DNA of 64,000 nt. Source: a virus (taxonomy: Duplodnaviria; Caudoviricetes). Numbering within the stretch: the stretch's first letter is position 1; each line of letters opens with the position of its first letter. The stretch spans positions 1,169-65,168 of the IMG/VR virus record IMGVR_UViG_3300028025_004186. One strand, 5' to 3'. Shown here piece by piece: positions 37,403 through 47,202 of the stretch. Made by a program: the position numbers and the translations under genes. Under the pieces are notes generated by a model. It was not told the origin of the DNA. It did no database searches and saw only the letters and a program-made list of their open reading frames with translations.

Positions 37403-38329
37403 ATGCCCCGAACAAAAAAGTCTGTTGAACTCATAGCCGAGCAAGAACGACTCATTGCAATGTTGAAATTTACGCCATGCACCTATAAGATTAGTCTTTG
37501 GGGCTACGGCGGTGAGTCTGTGATGGGCACAGTGAAGCGTGAAATCTACGATTACTTTAGAAGTCGTAGATTAGATGTCAGTGACTTTGCCTGGAACAGT
37601 GACTACGCCGAAGTACATGCTATCCCCGAAGACATGTGGCCATTCTCTCCTGGTTCATGGTATGAATGCGACGACATGGCACATACCAATGGTGTTGTGC
37701 TGGATAGCGGCACTGTACACATTGAAGATGAAAACGGTGACGAAGTACTCCGACGCGGGCTTGAAGATTTCCAAGATGAAGATTGTCCGGAGTTTGATTA
37801 CGCAGATGCAGTGTTTATTGATAACCAGCCCCCGGGTACTGTGGTGTTCATTGGCAACAGCAACGAAAAGGGTACGTTCTTTGAAGGTAGTATTGATCTC
37901 ACTGCTCCGTTTGATATCAACAAACTAACTTTCCATGTTGAAGATGTAGACGGCAGCGATGTTGTTGTTGGCGTAAGTTACGGTGATGAGTCTATTGATA
38001 ACTGGGGCGGAGACACCACTGGCAAGAGTTCAGAATTTGGATTCTATGTTGCAGGATCGTTGAAAGACGGTAAGTGGGAACGTTATCGTGACAGTGACGA
38101 CTGCACTTATGAAATGACAGACTGGTTCTCAAAGAAAGTCACGCCAGCACGTGAAGGCATTTATGAAATTGACACAGGCAAAAAGAACGAATGGCCAAAT
38201 ACCGTTGCAACAACAGCACGGTGGACTGGCACACGATGGGTTCCAGTTTGGGGCGACGATACTCCCGACATAGAAGAGGTAAAAATCAAACAGTGGCGTG
38301 GCATTGCCTACGACCCTGATGCTGTATAA
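37403..38329 (+). CDS. acidic hypothetical protein
   Basis: AAGGAG RBS; 308 aa. Confidence 0.65.
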   Translation: MPRTKKSVELIAEQERLIAMLKFTPCTYKISLWGYGGESVMGTVKREIYDYFRSRRLDVSDFAWNSDYAEVHAIPEDMWPFSPGSWYECDDMAHTNGVVLDSGTVHIEDENGDEVLRRGLEDFQDEDCPEFDYADAVFIDNQPPGTVVFIGNSNEKGTFFEGSIDLTAPFDINKLTFHVEDVDGSDVVVGVSYGDESIDNWGGDTTGKSSEFGFYVAGSLKDGKWERYRDSDDCTYEMTDWFSKKVTPAREGIYEIDTGKKNEWPNTVATTARWTGTRWVPVWGDDTPDIEEVKIKQWRGIAYDPDAV

Positions 38330-38351
38330 AATTGCAAACTAGGAGATACAA

Positions 38352-38558
38352 ATGGCAAAGATAGTAATTAAATCAAACCCAAAAACTACACAAATACTAG
38401 ATGACCTTGAACAGTTTTTAGAATTCTGTCGTAACTATGGGTACAAGTTCAACGAAGCTGATCTTTACAACTGGAAGAGTTATGCCTACCAGCAGTTCAA
38501 CAAACTGCAGCAAGGTAAATCAGTGAAGAACATGTGGATGCAAGACAGCCGTCGATAA
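38352..38558 (+). CDS. hypothetical protein
   Basis: AGGAG RBS. Confidence 0.65.
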   Translation: MAKIVIKSNPKTTQILDDLEQFLEFCRNYGYKFNEADLYNWKSYAYQQFNKLQQGKSVKNMWMQDSRR

Positions 38559-38567
38559 GGAAACGTC

Positions 38568-39773
38568 ATGAGAAAATTATTTTACATGGGGCTTGAGAGT
38601 TACGAGTCCCGCTATACTCTACAACTAACAGAGTGGAATCGGCGTGTGTTTGATGCACGTGGACTTGATGTTGTGTATGTGCCAGGTACAACCATTGACA
38701 CCACTCAAGCTATATCAGTAGGGCAAGTGTTAGATGCACATGGTCGCAGCTTCTTTGGCATGAGTCAGATCATGAATCTTGTCCAAATGCATAAAAATGG
38801 CGAGATCACCAACGAAGACGTCATCTACTTTGAAGACATGTTCCAACCCGGCATTGAAAGTCTCCCTTATATCTTTGATCAAGTTGATCCTAGCCAGCGT
38901 CCTCGTGTTTTTGTTCGTTGCCTGGCTCAGACTATTGACCCTGACGATTTTGTACATGTGTGGGGCCTGGAGCGGTGGATGGCAGCATATGAAAAGATGG
39001 TCAATGAATTTGTCACAGGTGTTCTTGCCACCAACGAGGAAATGGTAGCTCACATGCGTATTGCAGGCTGGACTGCTCCAATCTACAACATATCTGGTCT
39101 GGCATTTGGCAAAGCAGAAGTGCTGGAACGTATTGGTGGCGCCGGCAATATAAAGCCGTTTGATCAGCGTCCGATGCGTGTGGGATTTGCAGCAAGATTT
39201 GATCAAGAGAAACAACCAGAGTTTTACATGGATCTTATTGAGATGTGGCATCGTCAAGGTGGCTACCCTGTGGAGTTCTGTGTGTACTCAGGTGGACCAT
39301 TGCGCTCAAACAATCCCTTGCATCTACAACGAGCACGACAGATGCAAGAAGCCGGGCAGTTGACAATCCATGAGGGGCTAAATAAAAACGAGTACTACAA
39401 TCTTCTCAACGACACTAGAGTATTGTTTAACTGTGCATTGCAAGATTGGGTATCTAACACAGTAAGTGAAGCCGACACACTTGGCGCCAATGTATTGTAT
39501 CCTGCGTATCGTAGTTTTCCCGAAACTTTTGCCAATGACCCAGACCGCTTGTATGTTCCTTGGTCGATAGATGATGCATTCAATAAGTTGGGTAATCTAC
39601 TAAAGACTCCGCATCACAACATGGGGCTAATAAGCGACTGGAACAACGGTACTGTTGATCGTGTTGTTGATATTATTTCGCACCCTACTAAAAATCGTCT
39701 ATGGTACAGAGGAAGCAATCGCTATCGCGAGAACGTTGCCGAAGCCAAGTATGCAGTAAACAAAATAGAATAA
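38568..39773 (+). CDS. GT-B fold glycosyltransferase
   Basis: ARFDQEKQP, EYYNLL..VLFNCALQDWVS..EA, YRSFPE. Confidence 0.75.
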   Translation: MRKLFYMGLESYESRYTLQLTEWNRRVFDARGLDVVYVPGTTIDTTQAISVGQVLDAHGRSFFGMSQIMNLVQMHKNGEITNEDVIYFEDMFQPGIESLPYIFDQVDPSQRPRVFVRCLAQTIDPDDFVHVWGLERWMAAYEKMVNEFVTGVLATNEEMVAHMRIAGWTAPIYNISGLAFGKAEVLERIGGAGNIKPFDQRPMRVGFAARFDQEKQPEFYMDLIEMWHRQGGYPVEFCVYSGGPLRSNNPLHLQRARQMQEAGQLTIHEGLNKNEYYNLLNDTRVLFNCALQDWVSNTVSEADTLGANVLYPAYRSFPETFANDPDRLYVPWSIDDAFNKLGNLLKTPHHNMGLISDWNNGTVDRVVDIISHPTKNRLWYRGSNRYRENVAEAKYAVNKIE

Positions 39774-39774
39774 T

Positions 39775-40695
39775 ATGAAAATATTTGTAACTGGAGCATC
39801 CGGATTCATTGGGTCACATCTTGTTCCTCTGCTTGATCAGGATCATGATGTGTACTCAATGAAATCTGACCTTTTGAATTTTCAAGATGTAGAACAAGAA
39901 GTACTGGCTTATCAACCAGATATCATTGTTCACTTGGCTGCCAGAACCGAAGTAGAAAAAAGTTTCACCGAACAGATTACGTTTAGTCAAATCAACTATG
40001 TGGGATCAGTCAATCTAATTGAAGCAGCATCAAAGCTAACGAATCTAAAGAACTTTGTGTTTGCATCAACTATGGAAGTATATGGTTGGCAACCCATAAG
40101 TGATGTAGTTCGTGAGATAGGTCGTCCCACGGTATTACCGGCGTTTAACGAAGATACGCCACCTAATCCCAATGCACCCTATGCAGTGGCCAAATATGCT
40201 GTGGAAAAATATTTAGAGTACGCACATCGTTCTCTTATGTTGCCTTTTACAGCCATACGCCAAACCAACTCATATGGTCGTCAAGACAATGACTTTTTTG
40301 TAACCGAGCAAATTATAACGCAAATGTTACAAAATCCCAACGAGATACATTTAGGGTATGGTGAACCTTATCGTAATTTTATTTTTGTTTCGGACTTGCT
40401 GGATGCTTGGATACAAGTAATCAACAATCCGCAAAAAGTAAACGATGGTAAGATTTTTACTATCGGTCCCAACAATCCCATTAAAATCAGTGACTACGCT
40501 GACATGATTGCCAAGAAACTTGGTTGGCAAGGTACAATACACTGGAATACCAAGCCCCCTAGGCCTGGCGAAATCTATTGTCTTAACAGTGACAACCAAC
40601 TGATAACAGATGTTTTGGGATGGGAACCACAGGTGGATCTTGACACTGGACTTGACAAGACCATTGAGATCTGGCGAAGCAAGTTATGCAAGTAA
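39775..40695 (+). CDS. NAD-dependent nucleotide-sugar epimerase/dehydratase
   Basis: TGASGFIG, HLAA, YAVAK (YxxxK), RPGE. Confidence 0.9.
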   Translation: MKIFVTGASGFIGSHLVPLLDQDHDVYSMKSDLLNFQDVEQEVLAYQPDIIVHLAARTEVEKSFTEQITFSQINYVGSVNLIEAASKLTNLKNFVFASTMEVYGWQPISDVVREIGRPTVLPAFNEDTPPNPNAPYAVAKYAVEKYLEYAHRSLMLPFTAIRQTNSYGRQDNDFFVTEQIITQMLQNPNEIHLGYGEPYRNFIFVSDLLDAWIQVINNPQKVNDGKIFTIGPNNPIKISDYADMIAKKLGWQGTIHWNTKPPRPGEIYCLNSDNQLITDVLGWEPQVDLDTGLDKTIEIWRSKLCK

Positions 40696-41174
40696 CCGGT
40701 CATATTGTACCAGTCTGGAACGAAGACTTTAAAACATTATTGTTCGCACGTCACCCTGATCCATATCGAGGGTTTGATCTTGTTGATGCCAAAGATAAAA
40801 ATCGATACAATGAGATTGGAGTGTTTGTGGCACCTGGTGACGTGTTCGGATATCTAGGCGGGCATTGGCCCGAACTGTCAACCAAGGTATTTCAAATCAG
40901 TAAAATGACCACAGGTATGATATTGCCGCAGCACGTTGATCGATATCAGACTTATCGTCAAAAAAACAACATTGAAGATATCAACAGCATACACAGGATA
41001 ATAGTGTTCCTTGACGATTGGCAAGCCGGGCATTATCTAGAAGTCAATGGGAAACCTTTTATCAATTGGCGAGCCGGGGATTGGGTGCGTTGGCAAGGAC
41101 AAACTCCCCATCTCGCGGTAAATTTAGGCAAAGAAGATCGTTATACACTGCAAATTACAGGAATAAAAAATTGA
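40686..41174 (+). CDS. 2OG-Fe(II) oxygenase-like protein
   Basis: HVD..H..N...RYTLQITG. Confidence 0.7.
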   Translation: MQVTGHIVPVWNEDFKTLLFARHPDPYRGFDLVDAKDKNRYNEIGVFVAPGDVFGYLGGHWPELSTKVFQISKMTTGMILPQHVDRYQTYRQKNNIEDINSIHRIIVFLDDWQAGHYLEVNGKPFINWRAGDWVRWQGQTPHLAVNLGKEDRYTLQITGIKN

Positions 41175-41206
41175 CTTCTGATCTAAATAACTTTATAATT
41201 TAAATA
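41171..41206 (+). promoter_or_regulatory. sigma70 promoter with overlapping TAAATA boxes
   Basis: TTGACT-17nt-TATAAT; TAAATA in spacer and just downstream. Confidence 0.75.
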
Positions 41207-41237
41207 TAGACATCCACGTCTATAACTCGGAGAAAAT
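41206..41237 (+). promoter_or_regulatory. candidate RBS-pairing pseudoknot in the folE leader
   Basis: ATAGAC-ATCCAC-GTCTAT hairpin; loop TCC complementary to GGA of the RBS. Confidence 0.4.
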
Positions 41238-41990
41238 ATGGTTTACGAAAAAATGTATCAAGACAACGACGAGCCGGCGTCAAATGCAATAGCAGGCAAT
41301 GTTGGATATCTTAGTGAAGCCCTTCGTGCTAGGATGAAACGTGACGGTAAACGTTTCTGGGCAGGTGACAACATCAGTGATTATCTACACGACAGTGACA
41401 AAGAACATCTAATCAACGAAGCAACAGAAGCGTTCGAACTAGTTCTGGATCGCTTGCTAATTGATCGCGAAAACGATCCTAATAGCAAAGGCACAGCACG
41501 TCGCCTTGCTAAAATGTACTTTAACGAAATAATGGCAGGTAGATATGAACCGGAACCAGATTGCACAGCGTTCCCTAATGATAGCGAGGAAAGATATGAA
41601 GGTATGCTTGTGGTTAGAAGTGAACTTCGCAGTATGTGTAGTCATCATCACCAGCCCGTTACTGGTGTTGCTTACATCGGTATTATCGCCGCTAATAAAC
41701 TCATTGGTCTTAGCAAGTACACTCGTATTGCTCAGTGGTGCGCTCGTCGTGGCACACTACAAGAAGAGTTGTGTAATGATATCGCTAGAGAGATCATGAA
41801 GGCAACTGGCAGTAAAAACGTAGGTGTGTACATACAAGCCACACATGGTTGCTGTGAGAATCGCGGCATCATGGCACATAGTTCATTGACACAAACCACT
41901 GTACTGACAGGTGCATTCAAAGATGATCCCAGTGTCAAGAAAGAGTTCATGGACAATATCAAACTACAACAAGAGTTTGCGCCAAGATAA
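41238..41990 (+). CDS. folE: GTP cyclohydrolase I
   Basis: SMCSHH, IGLSK, LQEE, HGCCENRG. Confidence 0.95.
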   Translation: MVYEKMYQDNDEPASNAIAGNVGYLSEALRARMKRDGKRFWAGDNISDYLHDSDKEHLINEATEAFELVLDRLLIDRENDPNSKGTARRLAKMYFNEIMAGRYEPEPDCTAFPNDSEERYEGMLVVRSELRSMCSHHHQPVTGVAYIGIIAANKLIGLSKYTRIAQWCARRGTLQEELCNDIAREIMKATGSKNVGVYIQATHGCCENRGIMAHSSLTQTTVLTGAFKDDPSVKKEFMDNIKLQQEFAPR

Positions 41991-43117
41991 TGGAATGGTA
42001 TTGCCCATTGCCGTTTAAACATGCTTTTGTTGACAGCACTGGCATAAGTTCTTGTTGTCAACTCACACGACAGCCAACCAGTTTAGATCAATGGCACAGC
42101 AATGCTCGACTTATTGAGCTACAGAAGCAAACTCTATCAGGCGTTGCGCCAGTTGAATGTAACGCCTGTGTAACTCAAGAAAAGTTGCAAGGGCATAGTT
42201 TGCGCACAGACAGCTGGAGAGACTACAACTATGAAAAATTTCATGACACTGATATTGATTTTATAGATTATCGCAGCAGTAACATCTGCAATTTTAAATG
42301 TCGCAGTTGTGCCCCAGAATTCAGTCATGGTATTGCACGGGAAACCCGCACTGACAGCAGATTGCAAAAATTTAATGTTGTCATTGACAATAAAACAGTT
42401 GGTGTAGATGAACACAATCGCCAGTGGATCATTGACAATCTTTCCTCTGTCAAGAGGTTGATGTTTACTGGTGGTGAACCCACTGCGATACCCGAAGTTA
42501 GATCAATACTTGAAGAAGTCCATCGGCGTCAACTGGATAGTTTGTCTGTGTTGATAACCACCAATGGTAGTTTTACTGATCAATTCTGGTATGACATAAC
42601 TCGTGAGTTTAAAAACTTACACTGGACCGTGAGTGTTGATGCTGTGGGTCACGCTGCTGAGATAATTAGACATGGTACTGATTGGTCAACTGTTGAATAC
42701 AATCTTCAGTGGCTGGCCACTAACGCTCAGAGCATGGACGTCAACACAGTAGTATCTAATTTAAATGTTTTTCAGTTGGCCCCACTGTTACAATTGATTC
42801 GCGCAACACAGTTACGGTCTATTGAATCTGCTCAAATGGGCAGCGATGGATGCAGACATCAGTTTTTTGTATGCCAGCGTCCTTATATGTTAGCTGCAGA
42901 CAACTGGCCAGATCCGAACATTGCCATAGAGTATTTGAATCATTGTTTAACATTGGATCTAGACGCAAGTCAAAGATCAATGCTGGAACTTTTGTTGGAT
43001 TCAATACACAACAGTGAATTTAACAGTGAGCTGTGGGCTCGCAGTGAAGAATACAACGCAACACTAGATGATATTCGAGGCGAGGATCATAATATGCTGA
43101 GATATCCAACCTGGTAA
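41990..43117 (+). CDS. radical SAM protein with twitch/SPASM-like domain
   Basis: CPLPF, CNACVTQE..SLR, CNFKCRSC, GGEP, TNG. Confidence 0.85.
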   Translation: MEWYCPLPFKHAFVDSTGISSCCQLTRQPTSLDQWHSNARLIELQKQTLSGVAPVECNACVTQEKLQGHSLRTDSWRDYNYEKFHDTDIDFIDYRSSNICNFKCRSCAPEFSHGIARETRTDSRLQKFNVVIDNKTVGVDEHNRQWIIDNLSSVKRLMFTGGEPTAIPEVRSILEEVHRRQLDSLSVLITTNGSFTDQFWYDITREFKNLHWTVSVDAVGHAAEIIRHGTDWSTVEYNLQWLATNAQSMDVNTVVSNLNVFQLAPLLQLIRATQLRSIESAQMGSDGCRHQFFVCQRPYMLAADNWPDPNIAIEYLNHCLTLDLDASQRSMLELLLDSIHNSEFNSELWARSEEYNATLDDIRGEDHNMLRYPTW

Positions 43118-43174
43118 AATAACGTTTTTGTTATATATAAAATGGTAGTTGACATTTTATAGGGAATAAAAACC

Positions 43175-43456
43175 ATGTCCACAGAAGACAGCCCAGAAGA
43201 GTTTAAAAAGAAGTTAAACGCATTAAAGCCCAAGAAAAAGAAGTTAGCAGTACCTGAAGGATTCTTAGATCAAGCTAAAAGTTATGAAGGTAAGGTAGAA
43301 GCTGTTAAAATAATTTCAGAGCGAGAGAAGGATCGAGTTATTTTAATATTTAAAAAATTGCTTGAACCAGAACCACCCCGGCAGCAAATAGAACCACCAG
43401 CTGATGTAAAGCCCAAAGAACCCCCCAAGAAGAAAGGGTTGTTTGGGAAAAAATAA
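43175..43456 (+). CDS. Lys-rich hypothetical protein
   Basis: ORF with RBS. Confidence 0.55.
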   Translation: MSTEDSPEEFKKKLNALKPKKKKLAVPEGFLDQAKSYEGKVEAVKIISEREKDRVILIFKKLLEPEPPRQQIEPPADVKPKEPPKKKGLFGKK

Positions 43457-43471
43457 ACTCAAGGAGAAAAC

Positions 43472-43666
43472 ATGGCAACAACAATCAGTGACAAGCTAAC
43501 AAAGGTAAATGAAGCATTTACTATCAACATGTACGACAACGGATTTATGATTGAAGTTGGCGGGCGTGATGACAACGACGAATGGAAGAACACTAAAATT
43601 ATAGTGCCAACCGTTGAAGAACTCGTAGCACTAGTCAAAGAAGCAGCATCAATGCCGCGGGACTGA
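43472..43666 (+). CDS. hypothetical phage protein
   Basis: AAGGAG RBS. Confidence 0.65.
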   Translation: MATTISDKLTKVNEAFTINMYDNGFMIEVGGRDDNDEWKNTKIIVPTVEELVALVKEAASMPRD

Positions 43667-43667
43667 T

Positions 43668-43895
43668 ATGAAAACAGCAGCCGACTACACTCAAGAAATC
43701 ATAAGCCGAGCACAGCAAATGCGCAGCTACAAAGTTCGTTTGCGAGTTGACGATGGCTGGTTGCCCATGGGCCGTGTGCCGTTTGACATACACATCAAAA
43801 ACGGTGTTGCTACTCTCACCGTTGTTGCAGAGAGCATAGAATCTGCTCGCGAACAAGCATCTGTTTACATGGAAAGCGATGACTGGTGTGATTGA
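43668..43895 (+). CDS. hypothetical protein
   Basis: Coupled ORF. Confidence 0.55.
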   Translation: MKTAADYTQEIISRAQQMRSYKVRLRVDDGWLPMGRVPFDIHIKNGVATLTVVAESIESAREQASVYMESDDWCD

Positions 43896-44289
43896 TCTAG
43901 AACAAGCTCAACGACACGGTGTGGCTCCTTGGGACGACATTGTATGGGAAGACTTTCATGTGGTAGTTTATCGTGATCGCTACCCAGTCACCCCAGGCCA
44001 CTTGTTATTTGTGCCACGATACAATAATGTGGGCATAATCAATGAAGCAGTTTATTCGGCCATGACACATGGCAACAAAATAGTTAATCAAGGTGAGTGC
44101 GATGGATTCAATATTGGTATCAACTTTGGTGAGGCTGCTGGGCAAACTGTGATGTATCCGCATGTGCATATGATACCACGTCGCAAAGGTGATTGTGCAG
44201 ATCCAGTTGGCGGAGTGCGTGGTGTAATTACCGGACAGGCCAATTACAAAAAAGATGGTTATAAAAACCCCAATGGTCACAGTATATAA
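43879..44289 (+). CDS. HIT-family hydrolase
   Basis: YPVTPGH, GFNIG..AGQTV.YPHVHMIPR. Confidence 0.85.
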   Translation: MTGVIDLEQAQRHGVAPWDDIVWEDFHVVVYRDRYPVTPGHLLFVPRYNNVGIINEAVYSAMTHGNKIVNQGECDGFNIGINFGEAAGQTVMYPHVHMIPRRKGDCADPVGGVRGVITGQANYKKDGYKNPNGHSI

Positions 44290-44962
44290 AAACCTATTGA
44301 CGTCTGAATCAGTTCTGGAGTTAATTGATTACCTTACCCTTGAAGATTCACGCAGCGATATTAGACCGGGAATATCAAGCAAACATCCGCGATGGGATAT
44401 TGATGACTGGCCACAAAATATTGTGAGCGATTGTCTCAACGAATTAATAGACTATCAGTGGGCGGTTGATGAGCTTGTGATGTTTTCTACTTACAATCAT
44501 ACCCAGAGCCCGCATGTTGACTCACACCGTGAGTGGCCAATATCAATGCTGGGTCCTGCATTTTTATTCCCGTTAGAATTTAGCCCACGTGCATCAACAG
44601 TGTTCTTTGATAACTATTGGACTGGAGATACTGGAAAATTTTCAAGGCAAGCTGCCAAAAAGCCAATTAATTCAACCCCAGCGGCATTGGGGCAAGGGCA
44701 AAATCTAATATCTGACTATACAGGTATTGTCAACATCAACGATCAACCGTTTGATGAAAACATGTATTACCAATATCTAGACTATTTGCCCATTGAAGAT
44801 CTACATGGGCTAACTGTTGATACTGTGGTAGATTGGCATGTTGGTGATGTGATTTCTTGGGATCGGACTCAAATACATTGCAGTAGTAATCAGCACCACT
44901 ACAAAAAATATCTAACTGTGTTTACCTATAAACTAGACCAAGTTGCAGCAAATCATATATAA
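44273..44962 (+). CDS. 2OG-Fe(II) oxygenase-like protein
   Basis: PHVD; WDRTQIHCS. Confidence 0.55.
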   Translation: MVTVYKNLLTSESVLELIDYLTLEDSRSDIRPGISSKHPRWDIDDWPQNIVSDCLNELIDYQWAVDELVMFSTYNHTQSPHVDSHREWPISMLGPAFLFPLEFSPRASTVFFDNYWTGDTGKFSRQAAKKPINSTPAALGQGQNLISDYTGIVNINDQPFDENMYYQYLDYLPIEDLHGLTVDTVVDWHVGDVISWDRTQIHCSSNQHHYKKYLTVFTYKLDQVAANHI

Positions 44963-44974
44963 TAGTTCTTCAAC

Positions 44975-45040
44975 AGCGGTCTTTAGAGCATTCATCCCGC
45001 TATACAAATTCTGCAAGCCTATATTAACTTATAGGAGAAT
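44975..45040 (+). promoter_or_regulatory. candidate preQ1-class-I-like riboswitch upstream of queD
   Basis: AGCGG/CCGCT stem, U...C loop, A-rich tail ATACAAA, tail TTCTG pairs with loop TAGAG; CCTATA/TATAGG hairpin covers the RBS; TATAAT at 44958. Confidence 0.5.
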
Positions 45041-45044
45041 CATT

Positions 45045-45575
45045 ATGACAATCGTTAGCAAAGACAATGTTTGGGGCAGGCCGCCTAAACAATACAAATA
45101 TACCAGTACCAAAGAGTACCACGATGCATTTCCTTGTGCATACAGACAATGGCGTGCTGATAGTCACTGTAATCTAATTCATGGTTATAGTTTCAGCATG
45201 AAGTTTTACTTTGGTACAGATAACTTAGATGTACGCAATTGGGCCGCTGACTACGGTGGTCTCAAAGAACTTAAAAAGACTCTAGAAGATCAATTTGATC
45301 ATACTTTACTTGTGGCCGAAGATGATCCAGAATTGGCGACATTCAAACTGCTACAAGAACGTAATATGGCTAAACTAACCATCTTGCCTAGATTGGGCTG
45401 TGAAGGACTAGCCGATATGCTGTACAAATATGTCAATGGAGTGTATATTCCAGACATGTGGGGGCCTGGTGAAGCAGAACGTTTGTGGTGTTATCGAGTA
45501 GAAGTACGTGAAACACAAAGTAACATGGCGTATCGTGAAGGACATCGCGAATGGCACGAAGATTTATTTGCATGA
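45045..45575 (+). CDS. queD: 6-carboxy-5,6,7,8-tetrahydropterin synthase (start moved to 45045)
   Basis: CNLIHGY (CxxxHGx), DYGGLK, FDH, VRET; AGGAGA RBS. Confidence 0.9.
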   Translation: MTIVSKDNVWGRPPKQYKYTSTKEYHDAFPCAYRQWRADSHCNLIHGYSFSMKFYFGTDNLDVRNWAADYGGLKELKKTLEDQFDHTLLVAEDDPELATFKLLQERNMAKLTILPRLGCEGLADMLYKYVNGVYIPDMWGPGEAERLWCYRVEVRETQSNMAYREGHREWHEDLFA

Positions 45576-45590
45576 AATTTTGAGGAACAA

Positions 45591-46424
45591 ATGGAAAAAC
45601 AACATTCATATGAATATGACATAGCAGTTTTGTTGCCCACACGTGGACGCACGGTGGCATTGACACGCAGTGTAATGAGCCTGGTTAATCGTGTACGCGA
45701 TATATCAAAAATACAATTTTTGCTGGGGTTTGACGACGACGATGAAGTTGGAATCAAACACTGGGAAGAAAATCTACAACCGTTGTTAGACGATCGTGGT
45801 GTACACTACACTATTTTAAGTTTTGAGCCCTTGGGGTATATTCGTCTCAATGAATATGTAAGTGAACTGGCAAGAAACACCGATGCGTCTTGGTTTATGT
45901 TCTGGAATGATGATGCTGTGATGCAAAGTCAGAACTGGGACGAAGAAATTATGAAGCATCAAGGACAATTTAAGTGTCTGGCTGTTCATACACATCGCGA
46001 ACATCCTTATTCAATCTTCCCTATTATTCCTAGAGAGTGGCTTGATGTATTTGGCTATCTCAGTCCACATCAGATCAACGATGCTTGGATCTCACAAGTT
46101 AGTTACATGCTTGATATTTTAGAACGTATCCCTGTGTGGGTCGAGCATGATCGATTTGATCTCACTGGCAACAACCATGACGAAACATTCCTTAATCGTC
46201 CCATGTTGGAAAATCAACCCGACAATCCTGAAGATTTTCACAGTGATAAATGGCACGCCAAGCGATTGCAAGACACTGAAAAACTTGCACAGTATCTAAG
46301 AGAAAAAGGTGCTGACATGACTTTTTGGGAAAATGTCAAAGCACAAAAGCAAGATCCCTGGGTCAAACTTGAAGCCAATGACATCAACCGACAGATGACC
46401 ACCACTAGGAAAAAGTATGGATAA
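45591..46424 (+). CDS. GT2-like glycosyltransferase
   Basis: VLLPTRGR, FDDDD, WNDD. Confidence 0.75.
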   Translation: MEKQHSYEYDIAVLLPTRGRTVALTRSVMSLVNRVRDISKIQFLLGFDDDDEVGIKHWEENLQPLLDDRGVHYTILSFEPLGYIRLNEYVSELARNTDASWFMFWNDDAVMQSQNWDEEIMKHQGQFKCLAVHTHREHPYSIFPIIPREWLDVFGYLSPHQINDAWISQVSYMLDILERIPVWVEHDRFDLTGNNHDETFLNRPMLENQPDNPEDFHSDKWHAKRLQDTEKLAQYLREKGADMTFWENVKAQKQDPWVKLEANDINRQMTTTRKKYG

Positions 46425-47202
46425 GTTAGAATGGAAAATACAAGACTACTGGAATCGGCAGCCTTGTAACATTCGCCACAGTCAGAAACCCGTTGGATCT
46501 GTTGAATACTTTGAAGAAGTCACTGCACGCCGATATCGTGTGGAGCCACACATACTTGATTTTGCACAGTTTCATCGTTGGCAAGGTAAGAAGGTGCTGG
46601 AAATTGGCTGCGGTATTGGCACTGATGCTGAACAATTTGTACGCCACGGTGCTGACTATACAGGCATTGATATCAGTGATGCTAGTTTAAACATCTGTCG
46701 TGACCGATTCCAAACTCTAGATTTACATGGCGATTTCCGCAACATCAATTTACTTGATCCAGATGATACAACAGCAATAGAAAATCTTGGCAAGTTTGAT
46801 CTTGTGTACAGTTATGGTGTAATACATCATTCACCCAATATTGCACAACACATTCAAGAGATTCACAGTTTAGTGGCGCCGGGAGGCGAGTTTCGTTTTA
46901 TGGTGTATGCTAAAAACTCCTGGAAGTATGCAATGATTCAAAAGGGGCTGGATCAGTTTGAAGCACAGGCTGAATGTCCATACGCCGAAGCATTCTCTAG
47001 AGGTGAAATTTATCAGATGCTTAATGGTCAGTTTGAAATAGAACGTATTAGGCAGGATCACTGTTTTATGTATAACATACCAGCATATCGCGAAGGTCGC
47101 TATGAATTGGAACCTTGGTTTGCTGCCATGGATGATACCATGCGTGATGCAGTGAAAGAATACCTGGGTTGGCATTTACTAGTCAAAGCAAGGAAACTAT
47201 GA
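46417..47202 (+). CDS. class I SAM-dependent methyltransferase
   Basis: VLEIGCGIG, GIDIS, FDLVYSYGVIHH. Confidence 0.9.
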   Translation: MDKLEWKIQDYWNRQPCNIRHSQKPVGSVEYFEEVTARRYRVEPHILDFAQFHRWQGKKVLEIGCGIGTDAEQFVRHGADYTGIDISDASLNICRDRFQTLDLHGDFRNINLLDPDDTTAIENLGKFDLVYSYGVIHHSPNIAQHIQEIHSLVAPGGEFRFMVYAKNSWKYAMIQKGLDQFEAQAECPYAEAFSRGEIYQMLNGQFEIERIRQDHCFMYNIPAYREGRYELEPWFAAMDDTMRDAVKEYLGWHLLVKARKL

